Positions 27,187-36,054 of a DNA stretch of 50,581 nucleotides are shown here, in pieces. Source of the DNA: a virus (lineage: Duplodnaviria > Caudoviricetes). The position numbers were made by a program, and so were the translations under genes. The notes beneath the pieces are model-generated. The model was not told where the DNA came from, did no database searches, and worked only from the letters and a program-made list of their open reading frames with translations. Position 1 is the stretch's first letter, and every line of letters starts with the position of its first letter. Location of the stretch: positions 1 to 50,581 of IMG/VR virus record IMGVR_UViG_3300048849_000135, one strand, 5' to 3'.

Positions 27187-27566
27187 GATGCGCTCCACCG
27201 CCCCGGTACTGGAGCGCTTACGCCGCACAATAGCGCGGCATCTCATCCGAAAGGAAGACCCTGGATTGGAAGCAGACGACAGAGAGCCTGCCGGACGGCT
27301 GTGCCGCAGCGTGGCATGCAATGGTCGAAGGCAAAGCACTTGCCGGCATCTTCCGGCTCATGTCCGGTGACACCCACATGCTCTGCTATCAGGTCATGGG
27401 TGACCCGATGCCCACCGTCGAACGCTTCCCTAGCGTGGAGCTCGCGCTTGAACGTGCCAACACCGTTCTAAGCACCCGCGTCTGCATGCCTCGCTAGAAC
27501 ATCCGTCTTCGCAATGCCCCACCCGGCCGCCAGTGAGCGGCCTTTTTCATTGGAAGGAATAAGCCA

Positions 27567-28355
27567 GTGGCTTTGAAAGCAATCATCGATAGCCTCGACA
27601 GTGTCGAGGAGCAGCACCGCTCGCTCTACGAGGAGAAGGACGGCAAGTTCGTCCTCGCCGTCGAGGGCATTGAATCCCATCCCGGCGCTGCGGCTCTCAA
27701 GGCTGCTCTTGACCGCGTCCGCGGAGAGAAGCGCACCATCAGCGAAAAGTTGACGGCCGCCGAAAGCCGGTTGGAAGGTCTGCCCGACGAGTTCGACGTC
27801 GACGCCTATGAGACCCTCCGCACCCAGGCAGAAGGCAAGGAGCCGCCCAAGGTTGACGAGCGCCTCGAGCGCCAGAAGACCGAACTGGAAAAGAAGCACG
27901 GGATCGAGAAGGCAAAGCTCGAGCAGCGCAACGCCAAGCTGGACGCCACGCTGCGCAAGACCCTGATCGACGATGGGCTCACCAAGGCGTTGATCGCTGC
28001 AGGGGTTTCCAAAGACTTCCTGCCGGCGGCTAAAGCACTGCTCAAAGAGCGAGGTGCGGTGAAGCTGGTCGAGGAAGACGAAGAATTCCACGTCTTTGCG
28101 GACGATGGCGTCGACGAGAGAACCCCGCTCATGAAGTTCGTCTCCGACTGGTCCGCTGACGAGGGCAAGCACTTTGTTGCCAAGGCCACCGGTGGCGATG
28201 CCAAGGGCGGCGACGGCAGGACGTTTGCCGACAATCCTTGGGACAGCAGCAACGGAAAGAAGCCGAACCTGACCAAGCAGCAGCAGCTCATCCAGGAGAA
28301 CGCGGCAAAGGCTCGCCAGATGGCACAGGCCGCCGGCGTCACTCCGAACTGGTAA
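27567..28355 (+). CDS. Capsid scaffolding protein
   Basis: MALKA..DSLD.V.E....Y.EKDGKFVL; coiled coil; NPW...NLT.Q C-terminus; precedes the capsid gene. Confidence 0.85.
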   Translation: MALKAIIDSLDSVEEQHRSLYEEKDGKFVLAVEGIESHPGAAALKAALDRVRGEKRTISEKLTAAESRLEGLPDEFDVDAYETLRTQAEGKEPPKVDERLERQKTELEKKHGIEKAKLEQRNAKLDATLRKTLIDDGLTKALIAAGVSKDFLPAAKALLKERGAVKLVEEDEEFHVFADDGVDERTPLMKFVSDWSADEGKHFVAKATGGDAKGGDGRTFADNPWDSSNGKKPNLTKQQQLIQENAAKARQMAQAAGVTPNW

Positions 28356-28452
28356 CATCCGGCGTCAGTGGCGCCACCATAGACGAGGTCATGCCCAGTG
28401 GGGTGACCGAGACCAAATCATCCCACATCCTCCAAATGACAGGAGCCTCGAC

Positions 28453-29457
28453 ATGGCAACCACTCGCCTGAGCGACGTCATCTATGGCCCGCTCTTCCTC
28501 CCCACGACGATCCAGCGCATTGCCCAGCTCTCGCGCATCCGCAATTCGCCGATCGTCTCCACCGACGCTGAACTCCAGCGCTTCGCCAACGGCCCGGGCG
28601 ACCTCGTCCAGATGCCATTCTGGAATGACCTGACCGGCAACTCCAACGTCTCGACGGACGATCCGGCCCAGACGGCCACGCCGAACAAGCTGACGCAGGG
28701 CCAGGACATGGCCCGCAAGATCCGCCGCAACAACGGCTGGCAGTCGGCAAACCTCGTCGCGTCCATGCTCGCGGAAGATCCGCTTGATGCCGTGGCCCAG
28801 CTCATCGCTGAGTATTGGGTCCGGGAAGAGCAGCGGATCATGGGCGAACAGATGCGCGGCGTGTTTGCTTCGGCAGGCATGGCGGGCAATGTTCTCGACG
28901 TCGCATCGGAAGACGGCGCCGTGTCACCCGTCAACCTGGATGCCGAGATCGCGGCCAATGCCTATGCTCTCCTCGGCGAGTACGGCACCACGCTGTCGGC
29001 GGTCCTCATGCACTCGCGGATCTTCTACAATCTGCGCGCTGCCCGGGCGATCGAGAAGTTCAAGGATCCGGCAACGGGCCTGGACTTCAATATGTGGGAC
29101 GACAAGATCGTCTACGTGTCCGATCAGTGCCCACGTGAGGCAGGCGACACCTCCGGCTTCAAGTATACGTCCTACCTCTTCGGCAGTGGTGCCATCGGCT
29201 ATGCCGAAGCCACTGGTGAGGGCGGACCGAAGAAGCCGGTCGAGATCGACAGCGTAGCTGCTGCCGGCAACGGTGAAGGTGTCGAGACGGTCTGGTACCG
29301 CCGCCACTGGGTCATGCACCCGCGCGGTATTTCCTTCAGCGGTACGCCCGCTTCGGCATCCGGCGTGACCGATGCCGAGCTCGGCACTGGCGCGAACTGG
29401 ACCCGGGTCTACGATCCGAAGCTGGTCCGCATGGTCGCCGTCGTCACGAACGGCTGA
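28453..29457 (+). CDS. Major capsid protein
   Basis: TRLSDVI; MPFWNDL.G; YRRHWVMHPRG; NW.RVYDPK. Confidence 0.92.
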   Translation: MATTRLSDVIYGPLFLPTTIQRIAQLSRIRNSPIVSTDAELQRFANGPGDLVQMPFWNDLTGNSNVSTDDPAQTATPNKLTQGQDMARKIRRNNGWQSANLVASMLAEDPLDAVAQLIAEYWVREEQRIMGEQMRGVFASAGMAGNVLDVASEDGAVSPVNLDAEIAANAYALLGEYGTTLSAVLMHSRIFYNLRAARAIEKFKDPATGLDFNMWDDKIVYVSDQCPREAGDTSGFKYTSYLFGSGAIGYAEATGEGGPKKPVEIDSVAAAGNGEGVETVWYRRHWVMHPRGISFSGTPASASGVTDAELGTGANWTRVYDPKLVRMVAVVTNG

Positions 29458-29503
29458 GGCAGGGGCTCCGGCCCCTCTCCATCTCACCCCCTCAATCTGG
29501 AGA

Positions 29504-30109
29504 ATGACAATGAACGATCATCAGAATGATCCGCTTCTGGCGGAGGCGATCGCACGTCGCGACGAAAGCCGCGCGCAGATTCTGCGCTCCCGCGCCAACC
29601 GCCTCGGTGGCTCCACTGCCGTCGACCGTCTCGCCAATGCCTTCGACAAGATGGCAGAGCAGGCGGAGAAGGCTTCTCGGGAATCCTCAACTGCTCTCTC
29701 GAGCCTTGAGCCCGTGAAGCCGGACCCGGAAGGCACCAGCCGTCAGCTGGCCGACACCGAGGGCAACTTTGCCGCCAATGCTGAAGTCGCTGCCGTTGGT
29801 GGTATCGGCATCAAGGCCAGCAATACCGATGTCTCCACCGGCAATCCGGCGCAGACGGTCCAGCAGGCCGGCGAGGCTGTCATGCCCGGCGCTCAAAAGA
29901 TCGTCGGTGATCAACCTGGCGGCGGCGGCGCGAGCACTCGCACGACGGAAACCGACGGGACCCACACCGCAGTGCCCATTCCGGACAACTGGCGGGAGCT
30001 CACATGGCAGGAACGCCGGTCGCTCGCTTCCAAGCTCAGTGACGATCCGATCAGCAATGGCGAGGAAGCCAATGCTGCGATCGAAGCTGAGCTGAAGCGC
30101 AGGGGCTAG
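29504..30109 (+). CDS. Head-associated hypothetical protein
   Basis: IPDNWRELTW.ERRSLA C-terminal small domain; follows the capsid gene. Confidence 0.65.
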   Translation: MTMNDHQNDPLLAEAIARRDESRAQILRSRANRLGGSTAVDRLANAFDKMAEQAEKASRESSTALSSLEPVKPDPEGTSRQLADTEGNFAANAEVAAVGGIGIKASNTDVSTGNPAQTVQQAGEAVMPGAQKIVGDQPGGGGASTRTTETDGTHTAVPIPDNWRELTWQERRSLASKLSDDPISNGEEANAAIEAELKRRG

Positions 30110-30113
30110 TAGG

Positions 30114-30147
30114 AAGGCTTGGCCTGATGAAAACCGGGCCAAGCCCT
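30114..30147. terminator. Hairpin between convergent genes
   Basis: GGCTTGGCC...GGCCAAGCC. Confidence 0.55.
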
Positions 30148-30321
30148 TTACTTCTTTTTGCCACCCTTACCAGGGCGCTGGGTTAATGCGGAACCAGCTG
30201 CCGTTTTTGCGTCCTTCCCGCTGCGTCCTTCCCGAAGCACTTTTGATGCGCTTCCAGCGTTCTTCTCAGTCACTTTATTATTTGGCGAGCTTTTGGTTTC
30301 CCGCGGTGGCTTTTTTGGCAT
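30148..30321 (-). CDS. Lys-rich peptide, copy A (57 aa; ASKVLR..R.GKD.KTAAGSALTQRP)
   Basis: C-terminal part of ORF 30148-30441; paralog of 30874-31023. Confidence 0.7.
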   Translation of the reverse strand: MPKKPPRETKSSPNNKVTEKNAGSASKVLREGRSGKDAKTAAGSALTQRPGKGGKKK

Positions 30322-30345
30322 ACTGACTTCCCAGCGGAGGCAATA

Positions 30346-30873
30346 ATGGACACTAACGCCCTTTCGGAAGTTCTCAAGTCCGCACGGCAAGATGTTCTTC
30401 AGGAAATTTTGCGGGAGTCTGAGGCTCGTCTCCACGCTCAATTGCAGGCAGCAATAGCCGCTGATCAGCGTGCAATGACCTTCTTGGGCTTTCTGCTGAC
30501 GCTTGTGGTCTTTTTTCTAACAGCAGCGCTGGCGACTACGACAACAACCACCCCAAATGTCGCGATCATGAATTTGGCGGCGACCGGAGCTATCGGCACA
30601 GGGGCGGCTTCTATATTAGCCTTCCTTGCCACCAGACCCGTCAATTTCGACTTTGTTGGTAACGATCCTGAACAGTGGATCGAAGACATCAGCGCAAATA
30701 TTGAACTTCACGCCGCGATCGCAGCTCAGGTTGCGTTTTATAACGAGATGTTGCTAGCGAACCGCAAGACAATGAAACGGAGCGCGCGTCTCCTCACTGC
30801 GGCTAGCTTCCTAGCTCTAGTGACAATTGCTGTAACCGGATGGATGGCTATGCCGATCATCTGGCCCGCGTAG
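30346..30873 (+). CDS. Membrane protein (about 3 TM segments)
   Basis: GGAGG RBS; hydrophobic segments; AT-richer codons. Confidence 0.8.
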   Translation: MDTNALSEVLKSARQDVLQEILRESEARLHAQLQAAIAADQRAMTFLGFLLTLVVFFLTAALATTTTTTPNVAIMNLAATGAIGTGAASILAFLATRPVNFDFVGNDPEQWIEDISANIELHAAIAAQVAFYNEMLLANRKTMKRSARLLTAASFLALVTIAVTGWMAMPIIWPA

Positions 30874-31023
30874 TCATTTCTTCTTCGACGGGCGTTGTGT
30901 CAGCGCTGAGCCGGCAGCTGTCTTTGAGTCTTTACCAGTCCGGTCGTCTTTCAAGACTTTGGACGCGGCGGTGCCAGCCTTCTTGCTTGTAGTTTCGCCG
31001 CCGCTTTTAGATGACTTAGCCAT
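30874..31023 (-). CDS. Lys-rich peptide, copy B (49 aa, MAKSSKSGGETTSKKAGTAASKVLKDDRTGKDSKTAAGSALTQRPSKKK)
   Basis: Translated by hand; GGGGAG RBS; not in the ORF track. Confidence 0.75.
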   Translation of the reverse strand: MAKSSKSGGETTSKKAGTAASKVLKDDRTGKDSKTAAGSALTQRPSKKK

Positions 31024-31110
31024 TTTACTCCCCCCGGGTTAGGAGGGCAGCCTGCTCCCAAATGCAAATTCTTGCAATAGGGGGCAGTTTGCTGCGTTCG
31101 GAGCACTTCC

Positions 31111-31557
31111 ATGACAACGATAGCATACAAGAACGGCGTCATGGCCGCAGACAGTGGCTCGTGGATGGGTGATGCTTCCCATGGTTGGGCCGAAAAGCTC
31201 GCTAAGGGACCTGACGGCACGCTCTACGGGGTTGCGGGAGGGGCACCGGAAGCAATGGGCTTCTTGGACTGGGTAAGAGCGGGCGCTGACGCAGAAACCA
31301 TGCCGCGAGCGGAGGCGTTGCCAGATGGTGGCAGTACCTTCATCGTGCTTGCCGTTTCCCCGAACGGGCCAGTCCGCATCTTCTGTGCCAAGGGCATTGA
31401 AACCTACCAAGCGCCATACTTTGCGATTGGGGCAGGCTCTGCAACGGCGTTTGGCGCGCTTTGGGCTGGAGCAAGTGCAGCTGACGCCATCGAGGCGACT
31501 AAGGAACATGGTTCTGGCGCGCATGGCCGCGTGTTGACCATCTCGCACGAGGGCTGA
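31111..31557 (+). CDS. Ntn-hydrolase / HslV-proteasome-subunit-like protein
   Basis: N-terminal MTTIAY...AADS; FAIGAGS motif. Confidence 0.75.
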   Translation: MTTIAYKNGVMAADSGSWMGDASHGWAEKLAKGPDGTLYGVAGGAPEAMGFLDWVRAGADAETMPRAEALPDGGSTFIVLAVSPNGPVRIFCAKGIETYQAPYFAIGAGSATAFGALWAGASAADAIEATKEHGSGAHGRVLTISHEG

Positions 31558-31558
31558 C

Positions 31559-32044
31559 ATGAACCACTACGGCAACCCAGAAGATGCGCTGACCTACCAC
31601 GACGCACGAGGCAATGCGGCATGGACTGCTGCTGGTGTCGATGATGCCAAGCGCACTGCTGCGTTGGTGCGTGCTTCGCAGGCTCTCGATGCCCTCTACG
31701 GCTCACGGTATCCCGGCACTATTACCGTGGCAGCTCAGGATCTCCTTTGGCCGCGCGCTAACGTGATCTGGCGCGGCGACGATCTGGCCGCCGACGTTGT
31801 GCCGGCGCCGATCGAGAAAGCCACCTATGAGTTTGCCCTTCGGGAACTGGTGAAGCCCGGATCGCTCGCACCGGACGTGGCCGCCGGACCGCAGAAGGTG
31901 CTGACAGAGGTCAAGGGCGTGAAGTGGAGCGTCATTGATGGCGCGTCCGCGAAAGCCGCTCTGCCGATCGTCGATGGTCTCCTTGCGGAGATCCTCACGC
32001 AGACGCCAACCGGCACCACCGTCACCACGCTGGCGAGGTTCTGA
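31559..32044 (+). CDS. Head-tail adaptor (DnaT-like annotated family)
   Basis: Y...RG...W; AL.RAS..LD; Q.L.WPR; VP..I..AT.E.AL. Confidence 0.8.
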   Translation: MNHYGNPEDALTYHDARGNAAWTAAGVDDAKRTAALVRASQALDALYGSRYPGTITVAAQDLLWPRANVIWRGDDLAADVVPAPIEKATYEFALRELVKPGSLAPDVAAGPQKVLTEVKGVKWSVIDGASAKAALPIVDGLLAEILTQTPTGTTVTTLARF

Positions 32045-32460
32045 TGTCCGAAGATTGGAAAGCGATCGCAGGTGAATTGGCTGACGCCATCCGCTCGGTC
32101 TCCGACGTCTCCCAGCCCAACGGTTACCCGGTGACGCTGCGAATCCCCGGCGCTGGCATGGTGACTGACCCTGCTACTCCGTGGAACCCGACGCCGGCCC
32201 CGCCGACATACAAGACGCTCTACGCCGTCGAGGGGTTTCAGGAGATCAGAGACGCATCCGGCACGCTGATCGGTCAGACGCGCCACACGCTGACCGTGAC
32301 GGCTGATCCTGATGCCGTACCGATGAAGAGCTATAGCGTGGCACTCGGCATTGCGGCTGCGGACGCTGACGAGGAAAGCGGGTGGGTGGAGATCCTGGAG
32401 GTTCGTCCTCTCGCTCCGGCCGGCATCGCCGTCCTCTATGAAATCGATCTGGTCAACTGA
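32044..32460 (+). CDS. Head closure protein
   Basis: Position after the adaptor; PLAPAGIAVLYEI. Confidence 0.7.
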   Translation: MSEDWKAIAGELADAIRSVSDVSQPNGYPVTLRIPGAGMVTDPATPWNPTPAPPTYKTLYAVEGFQEIRDASGTLIGQTRHTLTVTADPDAVPMKSYSVALGIAAADADEESGWVEILEVRPLAPAGIAVLYEIDLVN

Positions 32461-32486
32461 CCACCACCCCGAGAAAGGAACGTGAC

Positions 32487-32663
32487 ATGACGAAGATCAA
32501 GGTGAAGGTCATCCGACCATTCGAGCGCTACAAGATCGGTGACACGCCGGAACTGTCGTCGCTCAAGGCCTCGACGCTGGGGACGCTCGGCCTTGTGGAG
32601 CCGGCCACCAAGACTGCGGAGAAGCAGATCGCCCGGGTTGACCAGGCCAAGCCCGCAGCATGA
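32487..32663 (+). CDS. Small virion-associated hypothetical protein (58 aa)
   Basis: Translated by hand: MTKIKVKVIRPFERYKIGD...; AAGGA RBS. Confidence 0.65.
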   Translation: MTKIKVKVIRPFERYKIGDTPELSSLKASTLGTLGLVEPATKTAEKQIARVDQAKPAA

Positions 32664-33697
32664 CTTTCGAAGAACTCCTCAGCACCTATGAGCCTCGCCT
32701 CGCCGCAGCGTTCCGAGAGGGCGTGGAAGCCATCAAGTCGGGCATCGTTCTGCAGCGGGTTATCGAACGGCTCGAGCGTCGGGACTTGGATGGCGCCATT
32801 GAGACCATAATGCTGGAACCGGAGGCGTTCTCTGCGCTCGACATCGCGCTTCAGGAGGCATTCAACGCCGGCGGGATCAATGCCGTGGGTGAATTGCCCA
32901 CTGTGCGAGATCCTGAAGGTGCCAAAGTCGTCTTCCGCTTTGGCGTCAGGAACCCAGAGGCAGAGGCCATCCTTCGCGAGCTGTCGTCATCGATGGTGAC
33001 GCACATCGCGGAAGATCAGCGCCGGGGTGTTCGATACGCTCTGGAGCAGGGGCTGATCCGGGGCGCCAACCCTCGCCAGACGGCTCTTGATGTGGTTGGC
33101 AGGATCAATCGTGTCACGGGCCGCAGGGAATCTGGCGTGATCGGCCTCACGCAACGCCAGATCGAATACATCGAGCGTGCCAGGCAGAACCTTCTCTCCG
33201 GAGACCCTGACCTGATGAAGAAATATCTTGACCTCACGACGAGGGACAAGCGCTTCGACCACACCATTGCGAAGGCCATGCGCGAGGGCAAGCCCCTGAA
33301 GGCTGAGGAGATGCAGCGGATCATCGGTCGGCTGAACGACAACAATCTCCGCCTTCGTGGCGAGATGGTCGCTCGCACCGAAACCATGATGGCGCTCGGT
33401 TCTGCTCGAGACAATGCCATCCGCCAGCAGATAGCCGCCGGCAAGATCGAAGCCCAGGACGTGACGAAGATCTGGCGATCGGCAGGCGACAGCCGGGTAA
33501 GGCATACCCACCGGGCGCTGAACAACACTGGGGTTCCGGTTGATGGCGTCTTCATCAGCTCGTCAGGGGCTGCCTTACGGTACCCAGGAGACCCAAGGGC
33601 ACCAATCAACGAGATTTCCGGGTGCAGGTGCCACGTAACGTACAAGGTTGGCTACGCGGATGCTGTGGTGCGCAGGTTCCGCGCTGAGGCTGCCTGA
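32660..33697 (+). CDS. Minor head/head morphogenesis protein (SPP1 gp7/Mu F-like)
   Basis: ARTET; KIW.SAGDSRVRHTH; LRYPGDP....CRC. Confidence 0.88.
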   Translation: MTFEELLSTYEPRLAAAFREGVEAIKSGIVLQRVIERLERRDLDGAIETIMLEPEAFSALDIALQEAFNAGGINAVGELPTVRDPEGAKVVFRFGVRNPEAEAILRELSSSMVTHIAEDQRRGVRYALEQGLIRGANPRQTALDVVGRINRVTGRRESGVIGLTQRQIEYIERARQNLLSGDPDLMKKYLDLTTRDKRFDHTIAKAMREGKPLKAEEMQRIIGRLNDNNLRLRGEMVARTETMMALGSARDNAIRQQIAAGKIEAQDVTKIWRSAGDSRVRHTHRALNNTGVPVDGVFISSSGAALRYPGDPRAPINEISGCRCHVTYKVGYADAVVRRFRAEAA

Positions 33698-34143
33698 TGA
33701 CCAAGCTGTCGTTCTCTGCGCGAGTGGCGGCCTTCGCTGAGATGGTGCCGGGCGCCATTGAAGCGGTCTTCAAGGAGAGTGTGCAGGAAGTTGTCGAGGA
33801 GATGCAGAAGCCAGTCGGGCAGGGCGGGCGCATGCGCGTCGACACTGGTTTCCTCCGGGCCTCCCTGATGGCATCAACAGCGGCCATGCCCAGGATCAAT
33901 TTGGGATCTCAACCTGCAGACGGCGGAACCTACTCTGCTGATTTCGGGCAAATCGAAGCGGTGATTGCCGGTGCCGACGTCCACGACACGCTGTACTTCG
34001 GCTATACAGCCGCCTACGCAGGCCATCGAGAGTTCGGAAGCAATGGGCAGGCTCCCGACGCATTCGTGCGCTCAGCTGCTCAACAGTGGCAGGGGATAGT
34101 CGAGAGGCAAGCGGCCGACCTTAAGCGTCGTCTCGGTCTCTAG
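33697..34143 (+). CDS. HK97 gp10-like neck/tail completion protein
   Basis: VDTGFLRAS; YA...EFG...P..FVR.A. Confidence 0.85.
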   Translation: MTKLSFSARVAAFAEMVPGAIEAVFKESVQEVVEEMQKPVGQGGRMRVDTGFLRASLMASTAAMPRINLGSQPADGGTYSADFGQIEAVIAGADVHDTLYFGYTAAYAGHREFGSNGQAPDAFVRSAAQQWQGIVERQAADLKRRLGL

Positions 34144-34315
34144 CCTCGTCCGATCGCTTCACAAGGGCAGCCTGGAGCGTGAACAGCACCTTCCGGGCGG
34201 TGGCGAGAACATTGCTGCCGAACTCAGTCTCGCCACTCTCTTTGGCAAGCAGTATCCACGCTTCGTGAAGCTTGGAATGGACCTGCTCGTCGGTGAGGGG
34301 TGGCTTTTCAGACAT
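34121..34315 (-). CDS. Small antisense hypothetical protein (64 aa)
   Basis: MSEKPPLTDEQVHSKLHEAW...; fills the gap between neck and terminator genes. Confidence 0.55.
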   Translation of the reverse strand: MSEKPPLTDEQVHSKLHEAWILLAKESGETEFGSNVLATARKVLFTLQAALVKRSDEARDRDDA

Positions 34316-34333
34316 CGATAGGGATTTACACGA

Positions 34334-34762
34334 ATGGCCACTGGAGTGGAAGCGAACATCTTCGCGGCGCTGTCCAGCCGGTTGTCGAGCCTCGTCCTCA
34401 ATCCGACGCTGCCGATCTCCTGGCCGAACTTGGAGTTTCCACTGCCTGGGCAGACGAAGCCGAAGGAGTATCTGGAGGTCAACTATCTGCCGAACCGGAC
34501 GAACACCCGCACACTTTCTGCGGGTCGCCAGCAGCACCGGGGCATCTTCCAGGTCTCCGTCCACCATCGCGATGGCGCTGGTATGGTGAAGCCGCTGCAG
34601 ATCGCAGATCAGATAACCGCTCACTTCCCGCTCGGGCTCATTCTCGACCAGAGCGGCGTCCGCGTGAAGATCTACCGCAAGCCCTACGCCATCCCACAGC
34701 CGCCCCAGAACGGCTCCCTGATGGTCCCTGTCACCGTGGAATACGAGACCTTCCAGCCATAA
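34334..34762 (+). CDS. Tail terminator (DUF4128-like)
   Basis: WPN..F; GIFQVSV...G.G; F..G. Confidence 0.82.
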   Translation: MATGVEANIFAALSSRLSSLVLNPTLPISWPNLEFPLPGQTKPKEYLEVNYLPNRTNTRTLSAGRQQHRGIFQVSVHHRDGAGMVKPLQIADQITAHFPLGLILDQSGVRVKIYRKPYAIPQPPQNGSLMVPVTVEYETFQP

Positions 34763-34774
34763 AGGAGCACTGCC

Positions 34775-35269
34775 GTGGCTATCACAACAGCAACCGGCGC
34801 CATCTACTCGATCGGCGCAGTCACCCAGATCGACTACACCAATGATGCAACGGCCCTTGCGTCCTTTGAGGCGATCACTTGGATCCCCATCGGTGAAGTC
34901 GAGGATGGCGGCGAAATCGGAGACGAATCTTCCGACGTCACGTTCCAGTCCCTCAGCGACGGCCGTGTCCGCCACCTGAAGGGCGCTCGCGACGCCGGCA
35001 CGCTGGCGCTCGTCGTTGGCGATGATCCGCTCGACCCGGGCCAGATCGCGCTCCGGGCAGCCGAGCAGACCAAGTTCCAGTACCCGTTCAAGATCGAATA
35101 TGAGGATGCGCCAGGCCCGACCTATGACAACAGCGTGGATTACTTCCTCGGTCTGGTCATGTCGGCTCGCAAGCAGGTGGGAAGCGGCGACAACGTCTTG
35201 AGGCGCTCCTTCAACATCGGCATCAACACCGAGATCCTCACCGTCGACACCGAAGTCCCCACGCCCTAA
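34775..35269 (+). CDS. Major tail tube protein
   Basis: IGEVED.GEIGD; KG.RDAG...L; D.GQ.AL. Confidence 0.85.
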   Translation: MAITTATGAIYSIGAVTQIDYTNDATALASFEAITWIPIGEVEDGGEIGDESSDVTFQSLSDGRVRHLKGARDAGTLALVVGDDPLDPGQIALRAAEQTKFQYPFKIEYEDAPGPTYDNSVDYFLGLVMSARKQVGSGDNVLRRSFNIGINTEILTVDTEVPTP

Positions 35270-35278
35270 GGAGCGCCC

Positions 35279-35686
35279 ATGTTCGATATCTCCACCTTCG
35301 AGACGTTCGACTTCGATCAGGTCTCCGATCTCGAAATCATGCACCCTGTCACCGGCCAGGCTACTGGTCTGGTGGTCGGGGTTCGCTCCTACCGCTCGGA
35401 ATCCGTGAAGGCGGTCCAGCGCCGGCTCGGCAATGCTGCCATCCTGGCGAACAAGAAGAACCCGAAGCGGGCAGGGACGGTCGAGGAGGTCGAAGAAAAG
35501 ACTAACGAGATCGTTGCGGCCGCTGTCGCGCACTGGAACATGAAGGATGGCGGCAGGGATGTGCCCGCCACGCCGGAAAGCGTGATGAAGATCATCAGCC
35601 AGCCGCGGTTCTTCTTCATCGCAGAGCAGATAGATGCTCGGGCTGATGAGGACGCCCGTTTTATGACGCCCTCGCAGAAGAGCTAA
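35279..35686 (+). CDS. Tail assembly chaperone (gpG)
   Basis: HPVTG; lies between tube and tape measure genes. Confidence 0.8.
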   Translation: MFDISTFETFDFDQVSDLEIMHPVTGQATGLVVGVRSYRSESVKAVQRRLGNAAILANKKNPKRAGTVEEVEEKTNEIVAAAVAHWNMKDGGRDVPATPESVMKIISQPRFFFIAEQIDARADEDARFMTPSQKS

Positions 35687-36054
35687 CCGACTTCGCGAGG
35701 GCAAGCTTCCTCCCGAGACGGAAGAACGAACCAGCCCCGGAACTGGCAGAAGACCTGCTCTACGTCTGGGACTGGTTCATCGACCTGCACAACGCTCGCC
35801 AGTCTGGCTTTTCAGCCAACCCCATCCCCTACAGCGAGATAGACGCCTACCGCCGCATGACGGGCGCGGTGATGACCTCATGGGAGATAGCGACCCTTCG
35901 GAAGATGGATGTCGCCGCTCTCTCGGTCATCAACAAGACCGGCGGGCACAAGCGGGAAGAGGCAACCGATGCCGATGTGGCTGACGCAAAGCTTCGCATC
36001 CGCGGGGCGGCGGTGAAGGGTCGCCGCGTGGTGAAACGAGGGGCTACGGCTTAA
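35659..36054 (+). CDS. Tail assembly chaperone gpT part, reached by a -1 frameshift
   Basis: The -1 frame reads ...LYVWDWFIDLHNARQSGFSANPIPYSEIDAY... with no start codon of its own upstream of that motif. Confidence 0.75.
   Translation, partial: FYDALAEELTDFARASFLPRRKNEPAPELAEDLLYVWDWFIDLHNARQSGFSANPIPYSEIDAYRRMTGAVMTSWEIATLRKMDVAALSVINKTGGHKREEATDADVADAKLRIRGAAVKGRRVVKRGATA

Noticed and set aside
30535-30552. Thr run as a phase-variable repeat
   Set aside because: Mixed codons (ACT ACG ACA ACA ACC ACC); not a slippage-prone tract
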